NCBI GenBank assembly: GCA_042218075.1
Contig: JBDGRK010000009.1
Span: 1-64,000, forward strand
Reading direction: 5' to 3'
Length of the DNA: 64,000 nucleotides
Origin: Candidatus Nanohaloarchaea archaeon
GTDB lineage: Archaea > Nanohalarchaeota > Nanosalinia > Nanosalinales > Nanosalinaceae
The notes below the pieces were generated by a model. It searched no databases. It saw only the letters and a program-made list of their open reading frames with translations, and was not told the origin of the DNA. This document shows, one piece after another, positions 1-10,322 of this stretch (its first letter is position 1; each line of letters begins with the position of its first letter). Both the position numbers and the translations under genes were made by a program.

Positions 1-350
1 TGTGCTTTCATGTTGCTTACCCATCTTTCTACGGATGAAGGCTGAATTCCTGCTGCAATAAACTCGCCAGTAGACATCTCCTACTCCTGTCGAATCTCAC
101 CGTATTTCTGAAGGCTGATACGAACATTCGCCAACATCCAGCAATTATACAGTAACTCCGAGAACAGGAATAGGAACAGTCGGACATTATAGTTCTTTCT
201 TAGGGTTTTCGCCAGGCATTTGTTCTTCTGGACGCGATAGCCTGTTTCTATGTCCCAGAGTCTGCCGTAAAGGTCAAAGAGGTTATTTGTCAGTATTTCG
301 AGTTTTCCGCAATTGGTGGCGAAGGCTTTGAGTTGCGAATAATAACAGGT
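1..350 (-). pseudogene. ISH3/IS4-family transposase C-terminal remnant
   Basis: Manual minus-strand translation gives AFATN...LFDLYGRLWDIETGYRVQK...KNYNVRLFLFLFSELLYNCWMLAN, matching the IS4/ISH3 YxxRWxIExxYR (YREK) region. No start codon; internal TAG; not in the ORF track. Confidence 0.75.
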
Positions 351-358
351 TTAGGACC

Positions 359-517
359 ATGGTTGAAGAAGGTCGGCTTGAGAGCGAGAAAGTTTACGTG
401 CCTGCCCGTAAACAGTGCGAAGATGGATATAATGGGAAGTGTGATGTGGAAATCGAGGCCAGACTTGATAAGGACTGGGAAACTATCAAGAAAAACTATG
501 CCTCTGCCATGAGTTGA
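359..517 (+). CDS. small hypothetical ORF (52 aa), possibly a gene fragment
   Basis: Manual translation MVEEGRLESEKVYVPARKQCEDG...; charged-residue-rich; no recognisable motif. Confidence 0.3.
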   Translation: MVEEGRLESEKVYVPARKQCEDGYNGKCDVEIEARLDKDWETIKKNYASAMS

Positions 518-566
518 AAATTATACCTCCAACGCAATTTTAAACTCAGAGCCACAATTTCTGGAC

Positions 567-1835
567 ATGGAGAAGGTGAAAGTCTACCAGATAGGTGTCT
601 CCGGAATAGGAAGGTTCGGCTTCGAGAAGCTGGTTGATATCTCAAAGGAGTTTGAAGAGGTCGAGATCTGTGGTTTATGCGGAAGAGACTTTGATGCTGT
701 CGAAAGAGCGGAAAGGTTCGCGGAGGCAAACGGCATAGAGATGGAAACCTTTGAACATGTCGAAAAGATGTACGAGGAAGCTAGAAGCGGTAAAGATATG
801 GATGAGAACGTGATGGTTTACGATGCGGGACCGATGGAGAAGAGATCGGACAACATATACAGGTCGATGCAAAACGACTTCTTTCACCTCAGCGAGAGAC
901 CTCCTTCAATGAACAGGGATGAACACCTTAGAGAGAAAAGGCTCTCTGAGGAGGGAAGAGCTATGTGGAAGTGCGATTTTGTGGAAAGAGAACACCCTGT
1001 GTTGAAGAAGGCTGTTAAACTGCTTGAGGGAAAGGAGGTAGGTGAGATCGAGGTATTCAGGGAGAGCTCTGTGGGGGTTGAAAAGGCGCTGAACAATTTT
1101 TCCAGGCTTGATGTGAAGGGAGGAGATATACTAGACAGGATGGTCAACGAGGTATTCGTGCTGGATCTGCTGGAAGCCGCGGCAAGCGAAGCTGAGCTGG
1201 AATTAGAAGAAGCTAGAGCGAGAAACTTCCAGCCACGCTCAGTCGACTCGGAGAACTTCATGGATATCTACGGCGGGAAAAGCGAATCTTTAAGCTACGA
1301 GACGGCGACATCGATGACAAAGGCGGAGTTCAGCTCCGGGAATGCGGAGATCAAGCTCCATTCCAGCTGGATGGGGCTCAGCGAGGAGGCGATGCTGATT
1401 TCACAGCAGGTCGAGCAGGAGCTTTCGCATCGCTTATTCGAGAGGGATACCGCGATGCTCCGGGATTCAGCCTATGTAAGAGAGGAGGCAAGATTTTTCG
1501 TAGTAAGAGGTGAGAAGGAACTTGTGGGTGATCTGCTACACGGAAGACTTTTTGATCTCGAAAAGGGTGAGGAAATAGAACCCCCGGAATACCTGCACGA
1601 TCCGCTCCACAGGGTTATTGAGAAGGCGGTTTTTTCCGCGATGGGAAGAGAAGCCGGAATGATAACAGGGAAAGAGATAGACGTATTTATGGGCGGAATA
1701 TTCGACGTGAAAGAGTCTATCGATACAGGCAAAGACTACTTCGGCGAGCTTGAGAACGCCCAGCAGAAACTTGAAGGTCTTGTTGTCGAGGATAGCAAAC
1801 CTTTCGAGTTTGAAAACTACGAGGTGGCTGGATGA
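567..1835 (+). CDS. Gfo/Idh/MocA-like NAD(P)-binding oxidoreductase (divergent)
   Basis: N-terminal Rossmann motif IGVSGIGRFG; ERP in place of EKP; GGDILD segment; ATGA overlap with the next gene. Confidence 0.6.
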   Translation: MEKVKVYQIGVSGIGRFGFEKLVDISKEFEEVEICGLCGRDFDAVERAERFAEANGIEMETFEHVEKMYEEARSGKDMDENVMVYDAGPMEKRSDNIYRSMQNDFFHLSERPPSMNRDEHLREKRLSEEGRAMWKCDFVEREHPVLKKAVKLLEGKEVGEIEVFRESSVGVEKALNNFSRLDVKGGDILDRMVNEVFVLDLLEAAASEAELELEEARARNFQPRSVDSENFMDIYGGKSESLSYETATSMTKAEFSSGNAEIKLHSSWMGLSEEAMLISQQVEQELSHRLFERDTAMLRDSAYVREEARFFVVRGEKELVGDLLHGRLFDLEKGEEIEPPEYLHDPLHRVIEKAVFSAMGREAGMITGKEIDVFMGGIFDVKESIDTGKDYFGELENAQQKLEGLVVEDSKPFEFENYEVAG

Positions 1836-2932
1836 AGGCCGTAATTCCATGCGCAAAGAAGGAGAAATCACTTTTCCCATTCACTGAATCAATGCCCACA
1901 GGAATGATTCCTGTCATGGGTAAACCGATTGTAAAGCACCTGATACATGATCTCCAGGAGAACGGCGTCGACGACATTTACCTCGTAACTAACTACAGAG
2001 AGGATACGTTCAGGCAAGAGTTCGAAGAGTTCACCAACGTCAACACTATAACTCAGGAGCAGATGAACGGGACAGGTGGAGCGGTGGAGAGATGCAGCTT
2101 CATCGAAGAGGATTTTATAGTCGTGAACGGCGACGTTGTGACCTCGAGCAGGGATATAGAAAGGCTTATCCAGAAACACGAAAATTCTGACTCTTCAGCC
2201 ACCGTGCTTGCCGCGACGGAGGACAACCCTGAAAAGTTCGGTGTTCTCAGCATAAACGATGACAGGGTTGAAAGGCTTGTAGAAAAGCCGGAGGAGCCGG
2301 AGAACAGTCTTGTCAATACAGGAGTCTACGTTTTCTCGCCCGAGATCTTCGATGTTCTTTCAGATATGGAAGGGGAGAAAGAGCTCACAGGTGCGGTCCA
2401 GAAGTTTGTTGAGAGAGAGGAGTCAAGGTTCCGGATGGTGGAGAACTACTGGATAGACATCGGGAGGCTGAAAAAGCTCTGGAAAGCCGATAGAGTCAAA
2501 AGAGAACACATGATAGAAGGGACTCGAATTCATGAGAAAGCTGAAGTTGCGGAAACAGCTGAGATAGATGGAGAAGCGGTTGTAGGAAAGGGTGCAGAGA
2601 TCGGTCCGGGAGCGGTGCTTGAAGGCAAGGTTTTCATCGGGGAGAACGCTAGAATCGGACCTGAAACGGTTGTTTCCAACTCTTCGGTCTCGGATAGTTG
2701 CAAGCTTCGGAACTGCGGCATCAACGGTTCTCTCCTGTTCGAGAACTGTATAATCGACGATAATGTATCGGTTGAAGACTCGGTACTCGGAGAGGATGTT
2801 GACGTCAAATCCAACACAGCGATCAGGGAATCCTTTATCGGTCCGAGAAGCTTCGTGGAGCTGAACAATTCGATCTACGGGGTAAAGTTTGTTCCGGATG
2901 CCAGGACCGACCTTGGAGAGATAAGCAAGTAG
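1832..2932 (+). CDS. sugar-phosphate nucleotidyltransferase-like protein with hexapeptide-repeat domain and degenerate active site
   Basis: NTP_transferase fold (MKAVI, GTGGAV, VNGD, VEKP, NTGVYVF, WIDIG) plus a LbH C-terminus. The GxGTR motif and the PK lysine are lost. Confidence 0.8.
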   Translation: MKAVIPCAKKEKSLFPFTESMPTGMIPVMGKPIVKHLIHDLQENGVDDIYLVTNYREDTFRQEFEEFTNVNTITQEQMNGTGGAVERCSFIEEDFIVVNGDVVTSSRDIERLIQKHENSDSSATVLAATEDNPEKFGVLSINDDRVERLVEKPEEPENSLVNTGVYVFSPEIFDVLSDMEGEKELTGAVQKFVEREESRFRMVENYWIDIGRLKKLWKADRVKREHMIEGTRIHEKAEVAETAEIDGEAVVGKGAEIGPGAVLEGKVFIGENARIGPETVVSNSSVSDSCKLRNCGINGSLLFENCIIDDNVSVEDSVLGEDVDVKSNTAIRESFIGPRSFVELNNSIYGVKFVPDARTDLGEISK

Positions 2933-2969
2933 AGTAATCATAAAGAGTCTTGCCCTCCAATACTTCTCT

Positions 2970-4175
2970 ATGAAAGCTGTCTTGCTGGCTGCGGGCAGAG
3001 GAACACGCATGGAGCCACTGACGGATGATACCCCCAAGCCGCTTCTCCCGGTGGCTGGAAAGCCGATTCTAGAGCATTCGATGGAGATTCTGCGGGATGA
3101 AGTAGAAGAGATTATTATTGTTGGAGGTTACATGATCGAGAAGCTGGAGCAAAGATACGCAGGAGAGGAAGGTGTACGGATTCTAAATCAGGAGGAAGCA
3201 CTTGGTACAGCCGACGCAGCCCTCCAGGCCCGCGAGTTTATCGATGAGGGAGCGATAATACTCAACGGCGACGATATATACGGTGAGAGGATACTGGAAC
3301 TTCTGGATGCTCCCAAGGTACTTGCCTCGAGAGCGGAGAAACCGGCGAATTATGGGGTATATGAAAAACAGGATGGAAAGGTAGAGAATATAGTGGAAAA
3401 ACCCGACGATCCACCATCGGACCTTGTAAACACCGGATGTTTTTCCGTTGAACCGGAGTTCTTCGAAATGCTAGAAGAGGTTGAGAGGTCGGATAGAGGA
3501 GAGTATGAGATTACTGATGCGCTGGAGATATACATGGATGGGAAAGAGATTGAACTGGTCGAGGCAGAGCGATGGATTCCCTGCAGCTATCCCTGGCAGC
3601 TTGTAGAGGCTAACCAGAGGATGATCGCTGGTGAAGTAGGGGAAGGAAGTGTCGAAGGAATGGTTGATGAGAGAGCGGAGCTTAAGGGAAATATAATAGT
3701 GGAGGAGGGTGCGGAGGTCCGGGAGTTTTCAACCGTGGAAGGACCGGCGATAATAAAGTCAGGGTGCTTCGTTGGCCCTCAAGCCTACATCCGATCCGGA
3801 ACTGTACTGGAGCAGGGGGCAGAGGTAGGAAACTCTGAGGTAAAGAACTCTGTAGTAGGGGAAGGATCGAAGGTTCCACATTTCAGCTACATCGGGGACT
3901 CCTATCTCGGGAGAAACGTGAATGTGGGAGCGGGTACGAAGACCGCCAACCTGAGGAACGATGAAGGAGGTGTAAGGATGATTGTTAAGGGAGAGATTAT
4001 GCAGACAGGTAGGGAAAAACTCGGCGCGATTATAGGTTCGGATGTCAAGCTGGGGGTCAACAACTCGATCAAGCCTGGAAGGAAGATAGGTTCAGGGGCA
4101 GTAACGGACAGCGGTGAAAAGATCAGTCAAAACGTTCCATCAGGCATGACTCTGAAGGATGGAGAGCTGAAATGA
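2970..4175 (+). CDS. glmU: bifunctional sugar-1-phosphate nucleotidyltransferase/acetyltransferase (archaeal GlmU-like)
   Basis: LAAGRGTRMEPLT..PKPLLPV, EKP, GEYEITD, PWQL, HFSYIGDS and NVGAGT motifs. Confidence 0.85.
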   Translation: MKAVLLAAGRGTRMEPLTDDTPKPLLPVAGKPILEHSMEILRDEVEEIIIVGGYMIEKLEQRYAGEEGVRILNQEEALGTADAALQAREFIDEGAIILNGDDIYGERILELLDAPKVLASRAEKPANYGVYEKQDGKVENIVEKPDDPPSDLVNTGCFSVEPEFFEMLEEVERSDRGEYEITDALEIYMDGKEIELVEAERWIPCSYPWQLVEANQRMIAGEVGEGSVEGMVDERAELKGNIIVEEGAEVREFSTVEGPAIIKSGCFVGPQAYIRSGTVLEQGAEVGNSEVKNSVVGEGSKVPHFSYIGDSYLGRNVNVGAGTKTANLRNDEGGVRMIVKGEIMQTGREKLGAIIGSDVKLGVNNSIKPGRKIGSGAVTDSGEKISQNVPSGMTLKDGELK

Positions 4176-5950
4176 GGATAGGCGTAGACTTTGACAGGGT
4201 TTTATTTGATACCGATGAATTCTCGGAGCACCTGGAGCAGGAGTTTCCCGGCTTCTCGGAGAGCTACGATGAAGCCTACGAGAACGGCTACTACAACCTG
4301 GAAAGACACGCAGAATTGCTAGGACTGAATGAAGAGGAGATACTTGATGCTCTGGAAGACTGCGACAGGTTTGTGTTCGACAGGGTTGAGGATTTCGAAA
4401 AACTTGGTCAGAACCATGAACTGGTAATAGTCACCAGGGGCGACCCGGTGTTCCAGAAAGAGAAGCTCCAGAAATCTGGCGTATTAAATCTATTCGATAA
4501 TTATGTTATAGTACAGGAAGAAAGCAAGAATGTGGAAGGTATAGAATTTCTGGTTGATGACCGGGAGGAGGAGATTGAGAGGATAGATATTCCCGGGCTC
4601 GCGATCGAGAAGGGCGACCTGGAGACAGTCTTCGAACACCTGCTGGAACCTGATTTTGAACAGGTTTTCAGGCGCTACGATATCAGGGGAAGGTACCCTT
4701 CCGAGCTGAACGAATACTTCGCCTACAGGCTTGGAAGAAGCGTGGCTGCATTCGCAGAGGAAGAAGGAGTGGAAAAGGTGGTAGTTGGCCGGGATACCAA
4801 GGAATCCTCCAGAAATCTGAAGAAGTGCCTGGAATACGGTCTGAAGAATTCGGGAATCTCGGTACTTGACATTGGAACAGGCCCCACAGATTACGTTGCA
4901 TACTCTGCCAAAAAGAAGGATGCGATCGGTGTACAGGTCACGTCCTCTCATCTTCCTCTTGAATTTAACGGATTCAAGCTTCTCTACCCGGAGGGAAACG
5001 GCTTCCTCAACAGCGACCTTGATCGTGTAAAGGATATCTTCGGGCAGGAAGATTTTTCGGATGGAAAAGCTGAGATAAAAAATATCTCAGGCAACCTGGA
5101 GGAAAAGTACAGGTCCAAAGTTAAGGGGTTCGTTGAAGGCTTCAATACAGATTTCGATAAGAAAATCGCTGTAGATACTCTGGGAGGAGCAGCATACAGC
5201 TTTCTAGAGCAGCTACTGCATGAACTCGGGGCCGAAGTGGTACAGGTAAGTGGAAGCAGCGGGCCAAGGATTGATCCTCCTGATCCGAAGCCTGACAATC
5301 TTGAAGAACTGGTGGAAAAAGTTGAAGAGCGAGAAGCGGATCTGGGTATAGCAACTGACATGGACGGGGATAGACTCAGCGTTTTTGACGGGGAGGAGTT
5401 TGTACCGGGAGACGATCTGCTGTCAGTTTTTGCACAGCTGTTTGATGGAGATGTCGTGGCCTCGGTAGATACCTCGGAGGCTCTAGAAAATACCATCGGT
5501 GGCGGCAGAAAGGTTTTTTACACCAGGGTGGGCGATCCCTTTGTGATGGATATGGCACTGGAAAAAGAGGTCGAGTTTGCGGGAGAACCGAACGGACACT
5601 ATGCATTCCCTGAATTTGTGCCCTACCATTCAGGCACTTTGGCAGGATTGATTGCCGCGGGTGTCGATCTTGATGAAATGAGGGAAAATGTACCTGAATA
5701 CTACACTCTGAACGAAAGCGTAGAGGTTGAGGATAAAGAAGGCAAAATGTCGAGGTTCAAGCAGGAGGTAGAGAGCCAGTTCGAGTTTGTTTCAGAGGTA
5801 GACGGAATCAAGTTCAGAAGTTTGGGCTCAACAGCTCTTGTCCGTCCGTCAGGCTCTTCTCCCAAGCTGAGGCTTAAAGTCGAGTCAGAGCACGAGAAGA
5901 AGGCGGAAGAAGTGATGTCAGGGATAAGAGATATCGTCCGGAACGCATAA
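4172..5950 (+). CDS. HAD-like domain fused to phosphomannomutase/phosphoglucomutase
   Basis: N-terminal DFDRVL (HAD motif I) and LVDD; then FRRYDIRG, TSSH, DMDGDR, GEPNGH and RPSGS of the alpha-phosphohexomutases. Confidence 0.85.
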   Translation: MRIGVDFDRVLFDTDEFSEHLEQEFPGFSESYDEAYENGYYNLERHAELLGLNEEEILDALEDCDRFVFDRVEDFEKLGQNHELVIVTRGDPVFQKEKLQKSGVLNLFDNYVIVQEESKNVEGIEFLVDDREEEIERIDIPGLAIEKGDLETVFEHLLEPDFEQVFRRYDIRGRYPSELNEYFAYRLGRSVAAFAEEEGVEKVVVGRDTKESSRNLKKCLEYGLKNSGISVLDIGTGPTDYVAYSAKKKDAIGVQVTSSHLPLEFNGFKLLYPEGNGFLNSDLDRVKDIFGQEDFSDGKAEIKNISGNLEEKYRSKVKGFVEGFNTDFDKKIAVDTLGGAAYSFLEQLLHELGAEVVQVSGSSGPRIDPPDPKPDNLEELVEKVEEREADLGIATDMDGDRLSVFDGEEFVPGDDLLSVFAQLFDGDVVASVDTSEALENTIGGGRKVFYTRVGDPFVMDMALEKEVEFAGEPNGHYAFPEFVPYHSGTLAGLIAAGVDLDEMRENVPEYYTLNESVEVEDKEGKMSRFKQEVESQFEFVSEVDGIKFRSLGSTALVRPSGSSPKLRLKVESEHEKKAEEVMSGIRDIVRNA

Positions 5951-5974
5951 AATAGAGCAGAGGAATCAGTTTAT

Positions 5975-6190
5975 ATGGCAGAAGTTTTGCATGAATTCAG
6001 GCAGGGACCCTACGACGTTCTCGAGTTTTCAGTCAAAACTAAGGATGGAAAGGCGATAGTCGAGATAAACGATGGCGATCTCGGAAGGCTGCCGATAGAG
6101 AACCTTGAAACTGTAGAAGAGATAAGAGAGGCTCTGGACCGGATTGAAGCCCACCTCAAAGAACAGGCGAGGAGAAAGGAAGAGCTTTAA
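5975..6190 (+). CDS. small hypothetical protein
   Basis: 71-aa acidic ORF, co-oriented with its neighbours. Confidence 0.7.
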   Translation: MAEVLHEFRQGPYDVLEFSVKTKDGKAIVEINDGDLGRLPIENLETVEEIREALDRIEAHLKEQARRKEEL

Positions 6191-6226
6191 TACAGGCAAG
6201 ATAACCAGGTGTGAGGGCCAATACTA

Positions 6227-8092
6227 ATGGAAGATGAACCGGAGATCGAAACTGACCTTGAAGAGATCGAGTATCCAATTATAAGGTTGCTTAAAGAGTA
6301 CGGAACTCCAAGGAAGTGGCTATTGACGGTTGGCTTAATTGGCGGAGTGTTCGGATATCTTGTGAACCTGCTACCGCCGACATTATTCGGTCGAGCGATA
6401 GATACGGTCTTCGGATCGAAGACTTTAACCCTGCCATTCGTTCCGCAAAACATCATTCCCGAGGCAACCCTTGGACAGTTCCACCTGATCGTTGCACTGA
6501 TAGTCGCATCCTTCCTGATCGAGGGGGTTCTCAACTGGGTTAGAGGATACGGACTCAACGCTTTCGCACAGAAGATCCAGCACGACATCAGGGTAGATAC
6601 CTACAATTCCATGCAGAAGCTGGACATGGACTTTTTCCACAACAATTCCTCCGGAGAATTGATGAGTATCCTGAACAACGATGTCAACAACCTCGAAGAG
6701 TTCCTCAGCGGAGGTGCCACTGTCTTCGTCAGAATCGTGTTCACGATGCTTGGAATCTCGATCATCCTGTTCTCCATCAACTGGCAGATGGCGATCGTCT
6801 CTCTGATTGCTGCGCCGATGATAGCTTTCTTCACCTACTGGTTTGTGAGGACTGTCCAGCCAATCTACTCAAGAGTCAGGGATTCGGTGGCGAGGATGAA
6901 CTCCCTGCTGGAGAACAATCTGGATGGAATAAAAGTGATCAAGGCCTCTACGATGGAAAGCTTTGAGAGGAAAGAGGTGGAAAAGGTTTCACGTGACTAC
7001 TTCGACACAAACTGGAAGGCGATAAAGACACGGATAATCTTCTACCCTGGAATGCGGATTCTGGCGGGAACAGGCTTCATACTCACTTTCTTAATTGGCG
7101 GCTACTGGGTGATAAACGATACCGCACCTTTCTTCTTCTCCGGCAATCTAACGGTGGGAGAGTTCGTGACTTTCATGCTGCTGACACAGGAGTTCATCTG
7201 GCCTATGGCAAACTTTGGAGACTTCGTGAACATGTACCAGGAGGCCTACTCTTCTGCGGAGAGGATTTTCGGCCTGATGGACCAGTCGCAGAGGGAGGAA
7301 GAGGATGAGGACAAGCCTAACCTAAAGTTAAGGGAGGCGAGGGTTGAATACGATTCAGTAAGCTTCGGCTACGATGAAGAACGAGTGGTCGAAGACCTGA
7401 ACTTCAAGATCGATCCCGGAGAGACCCTGGCTCTTGCTGGCCCTACAGGAGCGGGGAAATCAACGGTTGTAAAACTTCTACTCAGGTTCTACGAGATCGA
7501 TGAAGGAGAAATCAGGATCGACAGCCAGAATATTTCAGACGTGAATCTTGAGAGCCTGAGGGAATCGATCGGATACGTCAGCCAGAACACTGTTCTCTTC
7601 CCTGAGACTGTGGAGGAAAACATAGCCTACGCGAGGGAGGATGTATCTAGGGAGGAAGTGATCGATGCCGCCAGGAAGGCGAGAGCCCACGAGTTCATTC
7701 AGGATCTTCCAGAGGGATATGACTCAGAAGTGGGAGAGGATGGCGTGAAGCTGTCAGGAGGCCAGAGGCAGAGGATGGGCATAGCGAGAGCAATCCTGCA
7801 GGACCCTGAGATACTTATACTGGACGAGGCCACCAGCGACGTTGATACTGAAACAGAGATAAAAATCCAGAGAGGTATTGAAGAGCTGGTGGAGGACAGG
7901 ACGGTACTGGCGATCGCACACCGCCTGTCGACTATCAAAGACGCGGACAAGATCATAGTTCTTGAAGACGGCGAAATTGTCGAAAGAGGCGATCACGAAC
8001 AGCTTCTCGAAGAAGATGGAATATACGCCAAACTGTGGAAGGTCCAGGCCGGCGAGATGGAGGAGGTCTCGGACTTCTTCCTAAAGGAATGA
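6227..8092 (+). CDS. ABC exporter, fused permease/ATPase (MsbA/MdlB-like)
   Basis: Hydrophobic TM domain; GPTGAGKS, LSGGQRQR, LDEATS and AHRLST motifs. Confidence 0.95.
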   Translation: MEDEPEIETDLEEIEYPIIRLLKEYGTPRKWLLTVGLIGGVFGYLVNLLPPTLFGRAIDTVFGSKTLTLPFVPQNIIPEATLGQFHLIVALIVASFLIEGVLNWVRGYGLNAFAQKIQHDIRVDTYNSMQKLDMDFFHNNSSGELMSILNNDVNNLEEFLSGGATVFVRIVFTMLGISIILFSINWQMAIVSLIAAPMIAFFTYWFVRTVQPIYSRVRDSVARMNSLLENNLDGIKVIKASTMESFERKEVEKVSRDYFDTNWKAIKTRIIFYPGMRILAGTGFILTFLIGGYWVINDTAPFFFSGNLTVGEFVTFMLLTQEFIWPMANFGDFVNMYQEAYSSAERIFGLMDQSQREEEDEDKPNLKLREARVEYDSVSFGYDEERVVEDLNFKIDPGETLALAGPTGAGKSTVVKLLLRFYEIDEGEIRIDSQNISDVNLESLRESIGYVSQNTVLFPETVEENIAYAREDVSREEVIDAARKARAHEFIQDLPEGYDSEVGEDGVKLSGGQRQRMGIARAILQDPEILILDEATSDVDTETEIKIQRGIEELVEDRTVLAIAHRLSTIKDADKIIVLEDGEIVERGDHEQLLEEDGIYAKLWKVQAGEMEEVSDFFLKE

Positions 8093-8204
8093 AAGGAGGC
8101 TGATGCCCTTCTTTCTCTGGAAATCCTGATCTTTACCTCCCACTGACTCAAAATCGATTTCCATACTTTTCTATTGTTCTGATCTGCTTAAATCTTTTTT
8201 CCAG

Positions 8205-9197
8205 TCAATCGAATAGAAAGTCGCATTCTTCTCTCCACCTGTTGTATCTTCGAAGAAGCCCTTCTCTCATCTCTTCTTTAATTTCCTCTTCCCAGTCCGA
8301 AGACCAGTTGGGGAATCCCCCCATCAAGACCAGAGTCGTCAGATAGTTGTAAATCCTTATCCTGTCTTCGAACTCTTTTCTTTCAAGATCGGAAACTTCT
8401 CTGTAGCCTTCACAGATCGAATCCTTCAGACTCTTTTCATCCAGATCATCTCTATCCGTCAATCTCCAGTCCACCAGCATATACTCTGCCCTCGCAAGAT
8501 CAAGCTCTCTCGGTCCAACTTTTGGATGGCTCCAGTCAAGAAATCCTGTGATTTCATTTTCATCCACCAGAATATTGTTGAATCTGTTGTCGTAGTGAAC
8601 AAGAACCGCTTCAGGATTTTTCGGAACTTCTTCTGCCAGTTTTTTTCTATCCGGAACGTGTATTTCAGGCGGATTCTCCCAGAGCCTTCCGATCTTATCT
8701 CTCAGTCCGGACATCATTCCGTGCAGTGCCCGATCCCACCTTTCCGCTCCTTCAAAAACCTTTAATTCTCCATTTTCTGCACCCAGAACTCCGTGTTTAT
8801 CGAAACTCCTTATATTGTGGATCCTGGCCAGTATCTCACCGTACTGGCGGAGTATCTCTTCAAGCTGCTTCTGGCTGATTTCTTCTTTAAAATTCTCTGC
8901 ATTTACGCCATCAATCTTCTCCATTATGTAGAAAATATTCTCCCGGTTCTCTCCTTCTAAATCGGTGTGGATTACTTCCGGTGAAGGTACATCCGTTTTA
9001 TTCGATATCAAGCTGTAGATAATCGGTTCTGACCTGAACCATTCGATCTCGTTCATTTCATTGGTGCGCTCCTTGAGGATCAACTTTTTCTCATCCGATT
9101 CAAGGAGATAAATAGTGTTAAGCCCCTCATCCAGCTCCCTCCAGTCGAAAACTTCATCCAGTCTTTCTTCCACCTTTTGCTTAAGTTTCGGTTTCAT
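8205..9197 (-). CDS. aminoglycoside/choline phosphotransferase (APH) family kinase
   Basis: LVHYDNRFNNILV and GFLDW motifs. Confidence 0.85.
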   Translation of the reverse strand: MKPKLKQKVEERLDEVFDWRELDEGLNTIYLLESDEKKLILKERTNEMNEIEWFRSEPIIYSLISNKTDVPSPEVIHTDLEGENRENIFYIMEKIDGVNAENFKEEISQKQLEEILRQYGEILARIHNIRSFDKHGVLGAENGELKVFEGAERWDRALHGMMSGLRDKIGRLWENPPEIHVPDRKKLAEEVPKNPEAVLVHYDNRFNNILVDENEITGFLDWSHPKVGPRELDLARAEYMLVDWRLTDRDDLDEKSLKDSICEGYREVSDLERKEFEDRIRIYNYLTTLVLMGGFPNWSSDWEEEIKEEMREGLLRRYNRWREECDFLFD

Positions 9198-9655
9198 AAC
9201 CGCTTCTCCATCCTGTTAACGGATATTTCCTTTCCTTCAATTTCAGATTTATCTTTTTCCACTAGATCAAATCCAAGTTTCCGGTAGAAATCTCCTGCAG
9301 AAATCGAAGCTGTAGCCTCAAGCTTCTCCAAGTCTTTCTCCCTGGCCTTTCCCTCCAACTTTTTCATAAGTCGACTGCCTACTCCCACACCCTGATTCGC
9401 GGGATTCACAAAAATTCCAGCGACTCTACCATTTTCAATATTCAATCCTGCGCATCCGAGAAGATTATTTTCATCCTCGACCACGAAGAATCGAAACTTT
9501 TCCTCCTCTGCAAACCCGGCAACCATCTCCGTTATCACACTTTCAAGATGCCTGAGTTCTTCCTCATTGTACTTCTCTTCAATACCTGATAAAGAATCCC
9601 TGATCAATTTCTCCACATGCTCTTGGTCTTCCGAATTGTATCCTCTAATTATCAT
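9194..9655 (-). CDS. GNAT acetyltransferase
   Basis: FVNPANQGVGVGSRL acetyl-CoA motif; FYRKLGF. Confidence 0.9.
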   Translation of the reverse strand: MIIRGYNSEDQEHVEKLIRDSLSGIEEKYNEEELRHLESVITEMVAGFAEEEKFRFFVVEDENNLLGCAGLNIENGRVAGIFVNPANQGVGVGSRLMKKLEGKAREKDLEKLEATASISAGDFYRKLGFDLVEKDKSEIEGKEISVNRMEKRL

Positions 9656-9668
9656 GAATTACCATAAA

Positions 9669-10082
9669 TCAAAACTCCCTCCACTTCATTACATCGAGAT
9701 CTTCAACCGGTTGGAAGTGATCCGGGTTTCCTGTCAGTAGTTCGAGATCGTTAGCTACTCCTGTAGCGGCTATGTATGTATCGTGAAGATCATCAACTTT
9801 CCTTCCTTTGTCTTTCAAATCTGGTACTATTTTTGCAGCTTTAAGACATACATTCCGATCGATTGGGAGAACTTTGAAACGAGAAATCAATTTCTCAATT
9901 TCATCTTTAGCATCGCTATATTCATCATTTCCCGAATCGTAACGGTACTCAACTCCCATAAACAGTTCAGTTACCGTAACCTGGCTTATAGCATGAGTTC
10001 CCAGCGTGTCCAGCCTCTTGATTTTTTCCGGCGAGTTACCCCTGTCAATCTCTACAACAGCGGAAGTATCAAGCAACTTCAT
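9669..10082 (-). CDS. vapC: PIN-domain VapC toxin
   Basis: MKLLDTS, TELF, DTYIAATG and LLTGNPDHF motifs; start moved to the ATG at 10082. Confidence 0.9.
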   Translation of the reverse strand: MKLLDTSAVVEIDRGNSPEKIKRLDTLGTHAISQVTVTELFMGVEYRYDSGNDEYSDAKDEIEKLISRFKVLPIDRNVCLKAAKIVPDLKDKGRKVDDLHDTYIAATGVANDLELLTGNPDHFQPVEDLDVMKWREF

Positions 10083-10296
10083 CTTCGATCCTCTCAATGC
10101 TTCCACTGCTACTCTTTCTCAAATCTTCCTTGACTTCATCTAAAGTTCCCCTAGTCAGGACGTTTGAACCTGATACATCCTTGAGTTTTCCACCTGTATC
10201 AATTTTCTCCTCTATAACCTCACTGAAACTCTTCTCACCCTTCTCCCTCTTCAACTTCTCGTAAACCTCATCTGAAATAGCAATATTCTTGCTCAT
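10069..10296 (-). CDS. vapB: VapB antitoxin (DUF217-type)
   Basis: KNIAISDEVYEKL..EK..KSFSEVI signature; overlaps vapC. Confidence 0.9.
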   Translation of the reverse strand: MSKNIAISDEVYEKLKREKGEKSFSEVIEEKIDTGGKLKDVSGSNVLTRGTLDEVKEDLRKSSSGSIERIEDEVA

Positions 10297-10300
10297 ATCC

Positions 10301-10322
10301 TATGTATGTGTACTCATACATA
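10301..10322. promoter_or_regulatory. palindromic operator of vapBC
   Basis: TATGTATG-TGTACT-CATACATA, a perfect 8-bp inverted repeat between the TATA-like element and the vapB start. Confidence 0.7.
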
